Source of the DNA: an uncultured Patescibacteria group bacterium | GTDB lineage: Bacteria; Patescibacteriota; Patescibacteriia; UBA2591; CALHIP01 | Direction: 5' to 3' | NCBI GenBank assembly: GCA_938030745.1 | Contig: CALHIP010000026.1 | Span: 16,404 to 80,403, forward strand | Length of the DNA: 64,000 bases | Shown: positions 17,585 to 27,056 of the stretch, one piece after another | How positions within the stretch are numbered: the stretch's first letter is position 1 | Layout of the letters: each line of letters opens with the position of its first letter | Made by a program: the position numbers and the translations under genes | Notes under the pieces: model-generated | What the model was told of the DNA's origin: nothing | Database searches by the model: none | What the model saw: only the letters and a program-made list of their open reading frames with translations

Positions 17585-20496
17585 AATAAAATTACTGAAG
17601 CAACTTTGTCTTTTTTATCTTTAAGTTTAATTAATTTAACGCCCTGAGAAACACGACCTAAAATTGGAATGCTTTTTAAAGAAATTCTTAAAATTTGTCC
17701 TAAAAGAGAAGCAATAATTAAATCACCTTTTAAAAATTCGGAAAAATTTTTTTCATCAACAAAGAATAATTTAACCAATTTTCCTGTTTTTTCTGTCAAA
17801 CGATGGATTTTAATACCAGAGCCACCCCTTTTTTGAGAACGGTAAAAAGAAAGAGGAGAAAGTTTGCCATAACCAAATTCAGTAATTGAAAAAATTTTTG
17901 CCTCAACGGATTTTTTCTTAGGTAAAACTTCTAAAGCTATTAATTCATCATCTTGGCTTAATTTTATTCCCCTTAAACCTTTTGCTTCTCTTGAAAGTTT
18001 TCTAATTTCTTTTTCTGAAAATCTAATACCTTGACCATTTCGACTAACAAGGATTATTTCATCTTCGCCGGTTGAAGGTTTAACTGAAATAAGAGAATCA
18101 TCTTTTTCCAAACCAATAACTACTAAACCACTTTTTCTTATTTTCTTCAAGTTTTCTATCTCTATTCTTTTAACCATTCCCTTTTTTGTTGCAATGATTA
18201 AAAATTTTTGTGATAATTCTGAAGAGAAATAATTTTTTGACGAAACAGCTAAAACCGATGTAATCTTTTCATCTGAATTAAGAGAGAAGAAATTGGCTAT
18301 CGCCTCACCTTTTGAGGTTTTACTTTTCTCAGGAATTTCATAAGTTTTTAATTTAAAAACTTTGCCAGAATTAGTAAAAAATAAAATTTCAGAAAGGGTT
18401 GAGGTAAAAATAAGATGAGATAAAAGATGGTTTTCTTTTGTCTTTAAAATAATTGTTCCTTTTCCTCCTCTTTCTTGAACGCGGAACTGTTCTGGCGAAA
18501 CTCTTTTGAGATAGCTGTCTTGAGTTATAACAACTATTGTTGGTTTATCAGAAATAAAATCTTCTTCTTTAAATTCTTCAACTACTGTTTTAACAATTTT
18601 TGTCCTTCTTTCATCACCATATTTCTTTTTTAACTCTATAAGATCTTCTTTAATTAAATCAAGAATTTTCTTTGGCTGAGCTAAAATCAGACTTAAATTT
18701 TCTTTTTTCTTTTTTAATTCTTCAAGTTCATCCTTAATCTTTTGCCTTTCTAATTTAGAAAGTTGCCAAAGTCTTAATTCTAAAATCGCATTGGTTTGAC
18801 TTTCAGTTAAATTTAGTTTTTCAATTAAACTAATTTTTGCTTTTTCTTTATCTTTTGATTCTTTAATAATCTTTATTACTAAAGAAAGATTAGCTAAAGC
18901 TTTTTTAAAACCTTCTAAAACATGAATTCTTTTAATAACCTTATCAAGTTCCCATTCGGTTCTTCTTTTAATAACATTCTGCCGATGGTTTATATATTCT
19001 TTTAAAATATCTTTAAGGGAAAGTGTCTTTACTTCTAAACCTTCAACGAGAGCTAAAAAATTAAAATAAAAAGATGTCTCAAGTGGAGTAAAATTAAAAA
19101 GATAGTTAAGAACCTTCTCTGGATGAGCCTCTTTTTTTAAATCAATAACAATCCTTATTCCTTCTTTATCAGAAAGATCGCGAATATTTTTAATTTCTAA
19201 GATTTTTTTCTCTTCAATTAGTTGGGCAATTTTTTCAAGAATAGTTCTTTTTTCTACTAAATAAGGAATTTCTTTAATAATAATTTGATTTATTGAATCT
19301 TTTTTGAAAATTTCAGTCTTTGCTCTAATTACTATTTTGCCTCGACCAGAACTATATAAATCTTTAAGAATTTGGCCTCCAAAAACTATTCCACCAGTTG
19401 GGAAATCTGGACCTAAAATGAAATTCATTAATTCCGAAATTTCTGCTTCTGGATGATCAATTAAATAAATCAAAGCATCACAGATCTCAGAAAGATTATG
19501 AGGAGGAATATTTGTTGCTACTCCAACAGCAATACCTGAAACACCATTTAATAAAAGAAGAGGAATTCTTGCTGGTAAAACAACTGGCTCTTTTCTTGTT
19601 CCATCATAATTAGGAATAAAATCAATTGTATTTTTCTCAATATCTTTCAACATTTCTTCACCAATTTCTGAAAGTCTAGCTTCTGTATAACGATAGGCAG
19701 CCGGTTTATCTCCATCAATTGAATTATGAACAAAAACTCCAGCTGATAAAGCAAAATTGTGCCATGGTTCAGTAGTTAAATCATAAACATCTTCTTTTTT
19801 AAAAAGAACTTTTGTTTTCGTTACTTTTTTTGTTGAAAAACCCATTAAAGAATCGCCAGGCTTTAAATCTTTAGCCTGTTTATAACTACCATCTTCAAGC
19901 ATAAAAAGATGATCTAATGTAGATTTAATCTTTTCTTTATTATCTAAAATAATTTCTATTATTCTTTCATTTTTTCGCGTCAATCTTGGATTTTTGATTT
20001 CAGAAATTTCAATTTTTTTAGTTTTATGATTAAAAGTGAATGTCTGATATTTTTTCCCTTTTTTATATTCTTCAATCAATTCTTTAAAACTTAAATCTCT
20101 TCCATCAGAAATTTTTACTTTTGTATCTTTTGTAAAACAACCGAAATTTCCTTGACCTTCAATTAATGGATATCTTAAAGAAAAATCTTGGGCCATTCTA
20201 GCTAAAGCATCATAAACTGCCATATCACCATGTGGATGATAACGAGCTAAAACAGAACCAATAATGGAAGCTGATTTTCTAAATTTAGCATTATGATGAA
20301 GCCCATCTTCAAAAGCAGCATATAAAATCCGACGCTGAACTGGTTTTAAACCATCTCTGACATCAGGCAAAGCTCTTGAAACAATAACACTCATTGCATA
20401 ATCTAAATATGAATCTTGCATCTCTTCACCAATAGCTCTTTCTTCTATTTTTTCTTTAATTCGCGATTTTGTTTCATTATTTTTTTTATTCTTCAT
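17581..20496 (-). CDS. gyrA: DNA gyrase subunit A, intein-containing
   Basis: SRALPDVRDGLKPVQRR, YHPHGD, catalytic AAYRYTEA, GyrA-box QERGGKG and C-terminal beta-pinwheel repeats. Confidence 0.96.
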   Translation of the reverse strand: MKNKKNNETKSRIKEKIEERAIGEEMQDSYLDYAMSVIVSRALPDVRDGLKPVQRRILYAAFEDGLHHNAKFRKSASIIGSVLARYHPHGDMAVYDALARMAQDFSLRYPLIEGQGNFGCFTKDTKVKISDGRDLSFKELIEEYKKGKKYQTFTFNHKTKKIEISEIKNPRLTRKNERIIEIILDNKEKIKSTLDHLFMLEDGSYKQAKDLKPGDSLMGFSTKKVTKTKVLFKKEDVYDLTTEPWHNFALSAGVFVHNSIDGDKPAAYRYTEARLSEIGEEMLKDIEKNTIDFIPNYDGTRKEPVVLPARIPLLLLNGVSGIAVGVATNIPPHNLSEICDALIYLIDHPEAEISELMNFILGPDFPTGGIVFGGQILKDLYSSGRGKIVIRAKTEIFKKDSINQIIIKEIPYLVEKRTILEKIAQLIEEKKILEIKNIRDLSDKEGIRIVIDLKKEAHPEKVLNYLFNFTPLETSFYFNFLALVEGLEVKTLSLKDILKEYINHRQNVIKRRTEWELDKVIKRIHVLEGFKKALANLSLVIKIIKESKDKEKAKISLIEKLNLTESQTNAILELRLWQLSKLERQKIKDELEELKKKKENLSLILAQPKKILDLIKEDLIELKKKYGDERRTKIVKTVVEEFKEEDFISDKPTIVVITQDSYLKRVSPEQFRVQERGGKGTIILKTKENHLLSHLIFTSTLSEILFFTNSGKVFKLKTYEIPEKSKTSKGEAIANFFSLNSDEKITSVLAVSSKNYFSSELSQKFLIIATKKGMVKRIEIENLKKIRKSGLVVIGLEKDDSLISVKPSTGEDEIILVSRNGQGIRFSEKEIRKLSREAKGLRGIKLSQDDELIALEVLPKKKSVEAKIFSITEFGYGKLSPLSFYRSQKRGGSGIKIHRLTEKTGKLVKLFFVDEKNFSEFLKGDLIIASLLGQILRISLKSIPILGRVSQGVKLIKLKDKKDKVASVILL
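19723..20139 (-). mobile_element. Mini-intein (139 aa, no homing endonuclease) in GyrA
   Basis: GNFG|CFTKDT ... TLDH (block B) ... VYDLTT ... GVFVHN|SIDGD. Removing it restores the conserved GNFGSIDGD. Confidence 0.95.
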
Positions 20497-20815
20497 AAGA
20501 TTTATTTTCCTGATTAAGATATTCTAAAACTTTTTCTTTTAGTTTTTTAATCTCAGGGGGTACTTTCTCTTCTTTATTTTCAATTAAATTTAAATTAGAA
20601 ATTTTAAAACTTTTTATTTCTTGGAAGATGTTTTTAAACTCTTCTAAAAAACTTGAAGTTTCTTCTTCTAATTTTTTAGGCAGGACTTCTTGATATTTTT
20701 TTGTTTTAAATGTTAAGAATTTCAAATAAACTCGCCAAAGAATAAATAAAATTATAAAGGTAGTAATAACTAAGACCCAGAGGAAAGTTTTTTTTCTAAA
20801 CTCTTTTTCTTTCAT
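20486..20815 (-). CDS. Hypothetical single-TM protein
   Basis: 109-aa ORF with one TM, tightly packed in the run. Confidence 0.7.
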   Translation of the reverse strand: MKEKEFRKKTFLWVLVITTFIILFILWRVYLKFLTFKTKKYQEVLPKKLEEETSSFLEEFKNIFQEIKSFKISNLNLIENKEEKVPPEIKKLKEKVLEYLNQENKSYEE

Positions 20816-21412
20816 TTAAAGGTTTGGTTTTAAAATAACTAATTTCTTTTTTTCTTTTAAAATTTCATTCTTTTTAATTTTTAATTTCTCCAATTTTTCA
20901 ATTTTTTTTAAACTAAATTTTTTAAGAAATGGCAGAAGTTCGTTTTCTTCTTTTTTATAAACAGGGATAATAATTGATGGCTGAATTTTGTTAATCATTT
21001 TGATTGTTTGGTCAATTAAATTTTTATCGAAAAGAGGTAGGATAACAATATCAACTTCATAAAGTTTTTCTATTTCTTTATCAGTCAGATTTTTAAAAAC
21101 TTCTCCAAAAAAGCAAATTTTTATATTTTCTAAATTTAAAAGATAAATTGTTTTTAAATTCTTTCCCTCAAAATGGGGAATCCCATAAATAAAAATATTT
21201 TTTATCTCATATTCGCCAGGATTAGACAAAACAAGATGACCGGAAAAATCTTTTTTCTCTTTTATCTCTTCTTCAGAGGAGAAAATAACAATTTCTGAAG
21301 TAATTCTTGGATTTTTAAAACCTAAATCTTTTGGTGAAAACGGATTAGTAATAATTGTCACTCCAGAAGAAATTATTTTAAAACAAGTGTTAGCGTACCA
21401 AATAATCTGCAT
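20816..21412 (-). CDS. MBL-fold (Lactamase_B_3-like) protein with most metal ligands lost
   Basis: IIWY-x3-CFKI, PGEYEI, VDIVILP and IIIP scaffold are kept; the HxHxDH, HLGD and PMHY motifs are replaced. Confidence 0.7.
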   Translation of the reverse strand: MQIIWYANTCFKIISSGVTIITNPFSPKDLGFKNPRITSEIVIFSSEEEIKEKKDFSGHLVLSNPGEYEIKNIFIYGIPHFEGKNLKTIYLLNLENIKICFFGEVFKNLTDKEIEKLYEVDIVILPLFDKNLIDQTIKMINKIQPSIIIPVYKKEENELLPFLKKFSLKKIEKLEKLKIKKNEILKEKKKLVILKPNL

Positions 21413-21417
21413 AGCTT

Positions 21418-21459
21418 ATCTTATCAGTTCTTTACTGTTTTGTCAAATTTTGATATAAT
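21418..21459. promoter_or_regulatory. Overlapping divergent sigma70 promoters
   Basis: Minus: TTGACA(21446-21441)-17-TAAGAT. Plus: TTTACT(21431)-17-TATAAT(21454) with extended TG. Confidence 0.75.
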
Positions 21460-21467
21460 GAATAAAT

Positions 21468-22493
21468 ATGAAAAAAATAATAAAATCTGTGATGAATCAA
21501 TTCAAAGTTGGTAATATCGTCGAAGGAAGGGTTATAAAAATAAAAAAGAATGAAATTTGGGTTGATCTAGATGGAAAGGCAGTTGGAGTTATCAGAGGAC
21601 CTCAGATTGGAAATGAAAAAAAATTAGCTGTTGGAGATAAGATAATGGCAACAATTATTGAAGAAGAAAATGAACTTGGAGTATTAGAACTTTCGACAAA
21701 AGAAATTTCTGGTCTAAAAGTCTGGGAGGAACTCAAGAAAATTAAAGAAAACAAAGAGACAATTAAAGTAAAAGTTATTGAAGCAAATAAAGGAGGGTTA
21801 ATTGTTGAATATAAAAAACTTCAAGGGTTTATTCCTTCCTCTCAACTTGCTTCAGATCATTATCCACAAGTAGAAGATAAAAATAAAGATAAAATCTTAG
21901 ATCTTTTAAAAAGATTAATTGGTAAGGTTTTAGAGGTGAAGGTTCTTAGTCTTAATAAAAAAGATAAAAAAATAATCTTTTCAGAAAAAGAGACAGAACT
22001 TGAGAAAAGAAAAATATCGTTTAAGAAATATAAAGTTGGTGATATTGTTGAAGGAAGGGTTGTTGCTTTTTCTCCGTTTGGTGTCTTTTTTGAATTTAAT
22101 GACGGTCTTAAAGGATTAGTTCATATCTCAGAACTTTCTTGGCAAAAAGTTGAAAAAATAGAAGATGTTGTCAAAATAGGAGAAAAAAGAAAGGCGAAAA
22201 TACTTTCTTTTGATAATTCGAAGATTTCTCTTTCTTTTAAAAGATTAACGCCAGATCCTTGGCAAGAGATAGAGAAAAAATACAAGGTTGGAGAAACAGT
22301 TTTAGGAAAAATTTCAAAAATCACACCTTATGGAGTTTTTGTTGAACTAGATAAAAACATTCAAGGACTAGCTCATATTTCTGAAATACCCGAAGATCAG
22401 AAAAATGAAATAAAAGTTGGTAATTTTTTAAAATTTAAAATAATTTCTTTAGAACCTGAAGATCATCGTTTAGGTCTTTCATTAAAATTATGA
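21468..22493 (+). CDS. rpsA: 30S ribosomal protein S1 (four S1 domains)
   Basis: ANKGGL, GFIPSSQL, GLVHISELSW and GLAHISEI S1 repeats. Confidence 0.88.
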   Translation: MKKIIKSVMNQFKVGNIVEGRVIKIKKNEIWVDLDGKAVGVIRGPQIGNEKKLAVGDKIMATIIEEENELGVLELSTKEISGLKVWEELKKIKENKETIKVKVIEANKGGLIVEYKKLQGFIPSSQLASDHYPQVEDKNKDKILDLLKRLIGKVLEVKVLSLNKKDKKIIFSEKETELEKRKISFKKYKVGDIVEGRVVAFSPFGVFFEFNDGLKGLVHISELSWQKVEKIEDVVKIGEKRKAKILSFDNSKISLSFKRLTPDPWQEIEKKYKVGETVLGKISKITPYGVFVELDKNIQGLAHISEIPEDQKNEIKVGNFLKFKIISLEPEDHRLGLSLKL

Positions 22494-24301
22494 AAAACAT
22501 TATTATAAATTTTTTAGTTCTTCTAATTCTCTTTTTGATCATGGCTGGTTTTTTCAGTCTTTTTAATCTTCCGACAGAAAAAGCAAAGGAAATAGGAATC
22601 ACTGAATTTATTTCTTATTTAAAAAATAAAGAAATAAAAGAAATTTTTGTAGAAGAAAACAAGATAAACCTGATCACTAAAGAAGGAAAAAAGTTCTTCT
22701 TTTTTAAAGAAGAAAAAGAAACTCTCCAAAATCTTTTAAACTATTACAATGTCCCTCCAGAAATTACTGAGGAAGTTTCTATTTTTGTTAAACCGGTAGC
22801 AAAACAAAACATTTTCCTTCAAGTTATTGTCCCAGTTATTCTTCCCCTACTTTTAATAATTGGCTTTATTTATCTTTTTACCAGACAACTTAGGGGTGGA
22901 GCTCAAGAAGCATTTAGATTTGGTGAATCAAAAGCTCGAGAAATTAGGCCAGGAGAAAAACCAAGAGTTACTTTTAAAGATGTTGCTGGAGTTAAAGAAG
23001 CAAAAGAAGAATTAAAAGAAATTGTTGAATTTTTAAAAAATCCAAAAAAATTTACTGCCTTAGGAGCAAAAATTCCAAAAGGAGTCTTACTTTTAGGAAT
23101 GCCAGGAACAGGAAAAACACTTTTAGCTCGAGCAGTAGCTGGTGAAGCAAATGTTCCTTTTTTCCATATTTCAGGTTCAGAGTTTGTTGAAATGTTTGTT
23201 GGTGTTGGCGCAAGTCGTGTTCGTGACCTTTTTCAGAGAGCAAAAAAAAATTTACCATGTATTGTTTTTATTGATGAACTTGATGCAGTCGGTAGAATGC
23301 GGGGAGCTGGTTTGGGTGGTGGCCATGATGAAAGAGAACAGACTTTAAACCAGATTTTAGTTGAAATGGATGGGTTTGAACCAAATATTGGATTAGTAGT
23401 CATGGCTGCTTCGAATCGACCAGATATTTTAGATCCAGCTTTACTTCGACCTGGCCGTTTTGATCGAAGAATTATTTTAGATATGCCTGATGTAAAAGAT
23501 AGAGAAGAGATTTTAAAAATTCATAGCCGGGGAAAACCATTAGCAAAAAATGTTTCTTTGAGAAAAATTGCTGAAAGAACGCCTGGTTTTTCTGGAGCTG
23601 ATTTAGCTAATTTAATGAATGAAGCAGCGATTCTCGCTGCCAGACGAGGAAAAAGCAAAATCTATGAAAAAGAGATTTTAGAATCAATTGAGAAAGTTCT
23701 TTTAGGTCCAGAAAGAAAATCTCATATTCTTTCAGAAAAAGAAAGAAAGGTTATTGCTTATCACGAAGCTGGTCATGCTTTAGTTGCCCATTTCTTACCT
23801 CATTGTGATCCTGTTCAAAAAGTATCTATTATTCCAAGAGGGCTAGCAGCTGGCTATACAATTAAGATGCCGGAAAAAGAAAGATATTTAAAATTTAAGT
23901 CTGAATTTTTAGATAATTTAACTTCAACTTTGGGTGGCTATGCAGCTGAGGAAGAAATCTTTGGTGAAATCACAACTGGTGCAGCTAATGACTTAAAATT
24001 AGCAACAGAGATGGCAAAAAAACTTGTCACTGAATTTGGAATGAGTGAAGTTTTAGGACCAAGAACATTTGGTGAAAGACATGAGTTAATATTTTTAGGT
24101 AGGGAGATTGCTGAACAAAGAGATTATTCAGAAAAGACTGCAGAGTTTATTGACCAGGAGATTTCAAAATTTATTAATTCTTGCTATCAAAAAGCAAAAG
24201 AAATTATTAAAAGCAAAAGAGAATATTTAGAGAAAATTGCTCAAAAACTTTTGGAAAAAGAGACATTAGAAAGAGATGAATTTTTAAAAATTTTCAATTA
24301 A
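22490..24301 (+). CDS. ftsH: ATP-dependent zinc metalloprotease FtsH
   Basis: Two TMs, [25 protein letters not shown] and HEAGH motifs. Confidence 0.97.
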   Translation: MKNIIINFLVLLILFLIMAGFFSLFNLPTEKAKEIGITEFISYLKNKEIKEIFVEENKINLITKEGKKFFFFKEEKETLQNLLNYYNVPPEITEEVSIFVKPVAKQNIFLQVIVPVILPLLLIIGFIYLFTRQLRGGAQEAFRFGESKAREIRPGEKPRVTFKDVAGVKEAKEELKEIVEFLKNPKKFTALGAKIPKGVLLLGMPGTGKTLLARAVAGEANVPFFHISGSEFVEMFVGVGASRVRDLFQRAKKNLPCIVFIDELDAVGRMRGAGLGGGHDEREQTLNQILVEMDGFEPNIGLVVMAASNRPDILDPALLRPGRFDRRIILDMPDVKDREEILKIHSRGKPLAKNVSLRKIAERTPGFSGADLANLMNEAAILAARRGKSKIYEKEILESIEKVLLGPERKSHILSEKERKVIAYHEAGHALVAHFLPHCDPVQKVSIIPRGLAAGYTIKMPEKERYLKFKSEFLDNLTSTLGGYAAEEEIFGEITTGAANDLKLATEMAKKLVTEFGMSEVLGPRTFGERHELIFLGREIAEQRDYSEKTAEFIDQEISKFINSCYQKAKEIIKSKREYLEKIAQKLLEKETLERDEFLKIFN

Positions 24302-24303
24302 TT

Positions 24304-25152
24304 ATGACTAGTAATATTCTTAAGAAATCTTTCCAAATCATTTGGCATCATCCAATTCTTTGGTTTTTTGGTTTCCTTTCAACATTTTTTTTCTTTTCTT
24401 TAAATGAAATCTTTATAATTTTCTCTTCCTCATATTTTTTCTCAGAGTTAGAAAAAACAAAGGTCTTCTTTCTTCCGGAGGGTCAATTTAAAAATCTTGG
24501 CTCTTTTTTATTAATAATTATTTTTTTAGGTATTTTCTTATCTATTTTTTTAGCTATTTTTTCAGAAATTTTTCTAATTTTATCTGTTAAAAAGATAAAA
24601 GAAGAGAAAGATGAAAGTTTAGCTAAAAAATCTTTTAATTTTTTGCCCAAGGTTTTATTTTTAAAGATCATTTTAGTTTTATTTTTCCTTCTTTTTTGGA
24701 TAGGTTTTAATTTCTTTAAATATCTTCCTGATGTTTTTTTGTTTCTTTTTGTTTTTATTTTTTCTTTATTTGGCTTAATTTTGTTTTTTATTATTCGCTA
24801 TTCAATTTTTTATTTATTAATAGAAAAAAATAATTTGTTAAAATCTATAAAAAATGGTTTTCTCTTTTTAGGAAAGAATTTAATGTTGACTTTTAAATTA
24901 TCAATTCTTCTTTTTTTAATCTCTTCTATTTATAGTTTTGTAATGTTATCTTTTTTAGGGGGTGGTGTATTTTCTTATCCTCTTCGAATTTTTAATTTTA
25001 TTTTTAGCAATCTTCTTGGCAAATATGGTTTTTGGTTGGTTGCTCTTTTAACAGTTTTCTTTGTTTTAATTTTACAGATTGTTATTATTGGTTTAATTAA
25101 TTCTTATCAAATTGTTTGTTGGACTTATTTATTTTTGAAAAAACGTGAATAA
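24304..25152 (+). CDS. Hypothetical multi-TM membrane protein
   Basis: 282-aa hydrophobic ORF 2 nt after ftsH; LWFFG N-terminal motif. Confidence 0.75.
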   Translation: MTSNILKKSFQIIWHHPILWFFGFLSTFFFFSLNEIFIIFSSSYFFSELEKTKVFFLPEGQFKNLGSFLLIIIFLGIFLSIFLAIFSEIFLILSVKKIKEEKDESLAKKSFNFLPKVLFLKIILVLFFLLFWIGFNFFKYLPDVFLFLFVFIFSLFGLILFFIIRYSIFYLLIEKNNLLKSIKNGFLFLGKNLMLTFKLSILLFLISSIYSFVMLSFLGGGVFSYPLRIFNFIFSNLLGKYGFWLVALLTVFFVLILQIVIIGLINSYQIVCWTYLFLKKRE

Positions 25153-25275
25153 CTTATTTTTTTAAAGAACTTTTCCACATCTTTTTCCACTGTTTTTAAA
25201 TTAAAAAAATTGATAAAATAAATAAAGAAAAAGTTTTCAACAAAATTAAAGGAGTTATTATTACTACTTATTTTA
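25144..25275. other. Putative replication origin / DNA unwinding element upstream of dnaN
   Basis: DnaA-box matches TTTTCCACA (25171), TTTTCCACT (25183), TTTTCAACA (25234) and CGTGAATAA (25144); trio-like TTATTATTACTACTTA at 25255-25270. Confidence 0.55.
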
Positions 25276-25288
25276 AAAGTTATTATCT

Positions 25289-26392
25289 ATGAAAGGAGTT
25301 TTTCTTCAAAAAAATTTACTTGAAGGGTTAGGAAAAGTTTCTCGTTTAGCCAGTAGCGGAAAAACAACATTACCGATTTTAGGGAATATTTTATTAAGAA
25401 TGGAAAAGGGACTTCTTTACCTTACTTCAACAAATTTAGAAATCGCAATCGAAACTTATATTAGAGGAAAAATTGAAAAAACTGGCTCTTTTACCTTACC
25501 TGCTTCTTTATTTTTTAACCATTTAAATTTTCTTCCTAATGAATCTTTAGAATTAGAATTAAAAGGTGATGAACTTTATTTAAAATACAAAAACGGAGAA
25601 ACAAAGATAAAAGGTCTTCCCGCCGAAGATTTTCCTATCATTCCTCGCTTTGAGAAAAAAGAAGGAGTAAAAGTTTCTGGTAAAGATTTTAAAAAATCTC
25701 TTCAATCAGTAATGATAGCAACTTCTTTTTCAGAAGTAAGGCCAGAAATAAGTGGTGTCTTTTTTAATAAAAAAGAAAAAAAACTTTTTCTTGTTGGAAC
25801 AGATAGTTATCGTTTAGCAGAGAAAGTTATTGATCTTAAAGAAGAAAATGAATTAACAAAAAAAGCAATTGTTCCGATTAAGGCTTGTCAAGAACTTTTT
25901 AGAATTCTTAATAGTGAAGAAGAGGTAGAGATTTTTTTCTCTGAAACTCAAATTCTTTTTTCTCAAGGTCCAACAAATTTAATTTCAAGAACTATTCAAG
26001 CAGAATTTCCAAGTTATCAAGAGATTATTCCTTCAAATTTTAAGACAAAAGCTATTCTTAACCGAGAAAATTTTATTAAAATTATTAAGGGAATTGCTCC
26101 TTTCTCTCGAACCGGAATTAATGATATTTCCTTAGTTTTCCATCCAGAAAAAGAAAAATTAATTATTTCCTCCTTAAATCCTCAAATTGGTGAGGCAAAA
26201 GTAGAGATAGAAGCAGAAATCTCCGGCGAAAAAAACTCCCTTTCTTTTAATTATCAATATCTTTTAGATGGACTTTCTAATATTTTAAGTGATGAAATTA
26301 GTTTAGAAGTAATTGATGATTCTTCACCAGCTCTTATTAAACCACAACCCGAGGAAAATTTTCTTTATCTTTTAATGCCAATTAAAAGTTAA
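25289..26392 (+). CDS. dnaN: DNA polymerase III beta sliding clamp
   Basis: TLPILGNIL, STNLEI, GTDSYRLAE and YLLMPI motifs. Confidence 0.96.
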   Translation: MKGVFLQKNLLEGLGKVSRLASSGKTTLPILGNILLRMEKGLLYLTSTNLEIAIETYIRGKIEKTGSFTLPASLFFNHLNFLPNESLELELKGDELYLKYKNGETKIKGLPAEDFPIIPRFEKKEGVKVSGKDFKKSLQSVMIATSFSEVRPEISGVFFNKKEKKLFLVGTDSYRLAEKVIDLKEENELTKKAIVPIKACQELFRILNSEEEVEIFFSETQILFSQGPTNLISRTIQAEFPSYQEIIPSNFKTKAILNRENFIKIIKGIAPFSRTGINDISLVFHPEKEKLIISSLNPQIGEAKVEIEAEISGEKNSLSFNYQYLLDGLSNILSDEISLEVIDDSSPALIKPQPEENFLYLLMPIKS

Positions 26393-26411
26393 TTTGATAT
26401 AATAAAATAAT

Positions 26412-26987
26412 ATGTATCTTGTCCCAACAGTTATTGAAAAATCTCCTTTTGGTGAAAGGGCTTATGATATTTATTCTCGGCTTTTAAAAGAAAGAATCAT
26501 CTTTTTAGGCGATGTTATTACTGATGCAGTAGCTAATACAGTTATCGCCCAACTTTTATTTTTAGAATCTGAAGATAAAACAAAAGATATTAAACTTTAT
26601 ATTAATACACCGGGAGGTTCAGTAACAGCTGGATTAGCAATCTATGATACAATGCAATATGTTAAACCCGATGTAGTGACAATTTGTGTTGGTTTGGCAG
26701 CAAGTATGGGTGCTGTGTTGTTAGCTGGCGGAGCAAAAGGAAAAAGATTTGCCTTACCAAATTCTGAAATAATGCTTCATCAAGTTATGGGTGGTGCTGA
26801 AGGACCAGCTATTGATATAAAAATTAGAGCTACACATATCTTAAGAGTTAGAGATAGGATCAATAAAATTCTTTCCTACCATACAAATCAACCATTAAAA
26901 AAGATTGAACAGGATACAGATCGTGAATTTTTTATGACTGCTGAAGAAGCAAAAAATTATGGAATTATTGACGAGATCATAAAATAA
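26412..26987 (+). CDS. clpP: ATP-dependent Clp protease proteolytic subunit
   Basis: [34 protein letters not shown] and MLHQ motifs. Confidence 0.97.
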   Translation: MYLVPTVIEKSPFGERAYDIYSRLLKERIIFLGDVITDAVANTVIAQLLFLESEDKTKDIKLYINTPGGSVTAGLAIYDTMQYVKPDVVTICVGLAASMGAVLLAGGAKGKRFALPNSEIMLHQVMGGAEGPAIDIKIRATHILRVRDRINKILSYHTNQPLKKIEQDTDREFFMTAEEAKNYGIIDEIIK

Positions 26988-27003
26988 AGATATTAAATAT
27001 TTA

Positions 27004-27043
27004 AAAGCCGAGAAACCTTTCCTGAAAGGAAAAACTCGGCTTT
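27004..27043 (+). terminator. Hairpin between clpP and rny
   Basis: Outer stem AAAGCCGAG/CTCGGCTTT, inner stem CCTTT-cctg-AAAGG, followed by a T-rich tract. Confidence 0.6.
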
Positions 27044-27056
27044 ATTTAATAAATTT

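Noticed and set aside
17581-20496. Topoisomerase IV ParC instead of GyrA
   Set aside because: A GyrA-box (QERGGKG) and a full C-terminal pinwheel are present.
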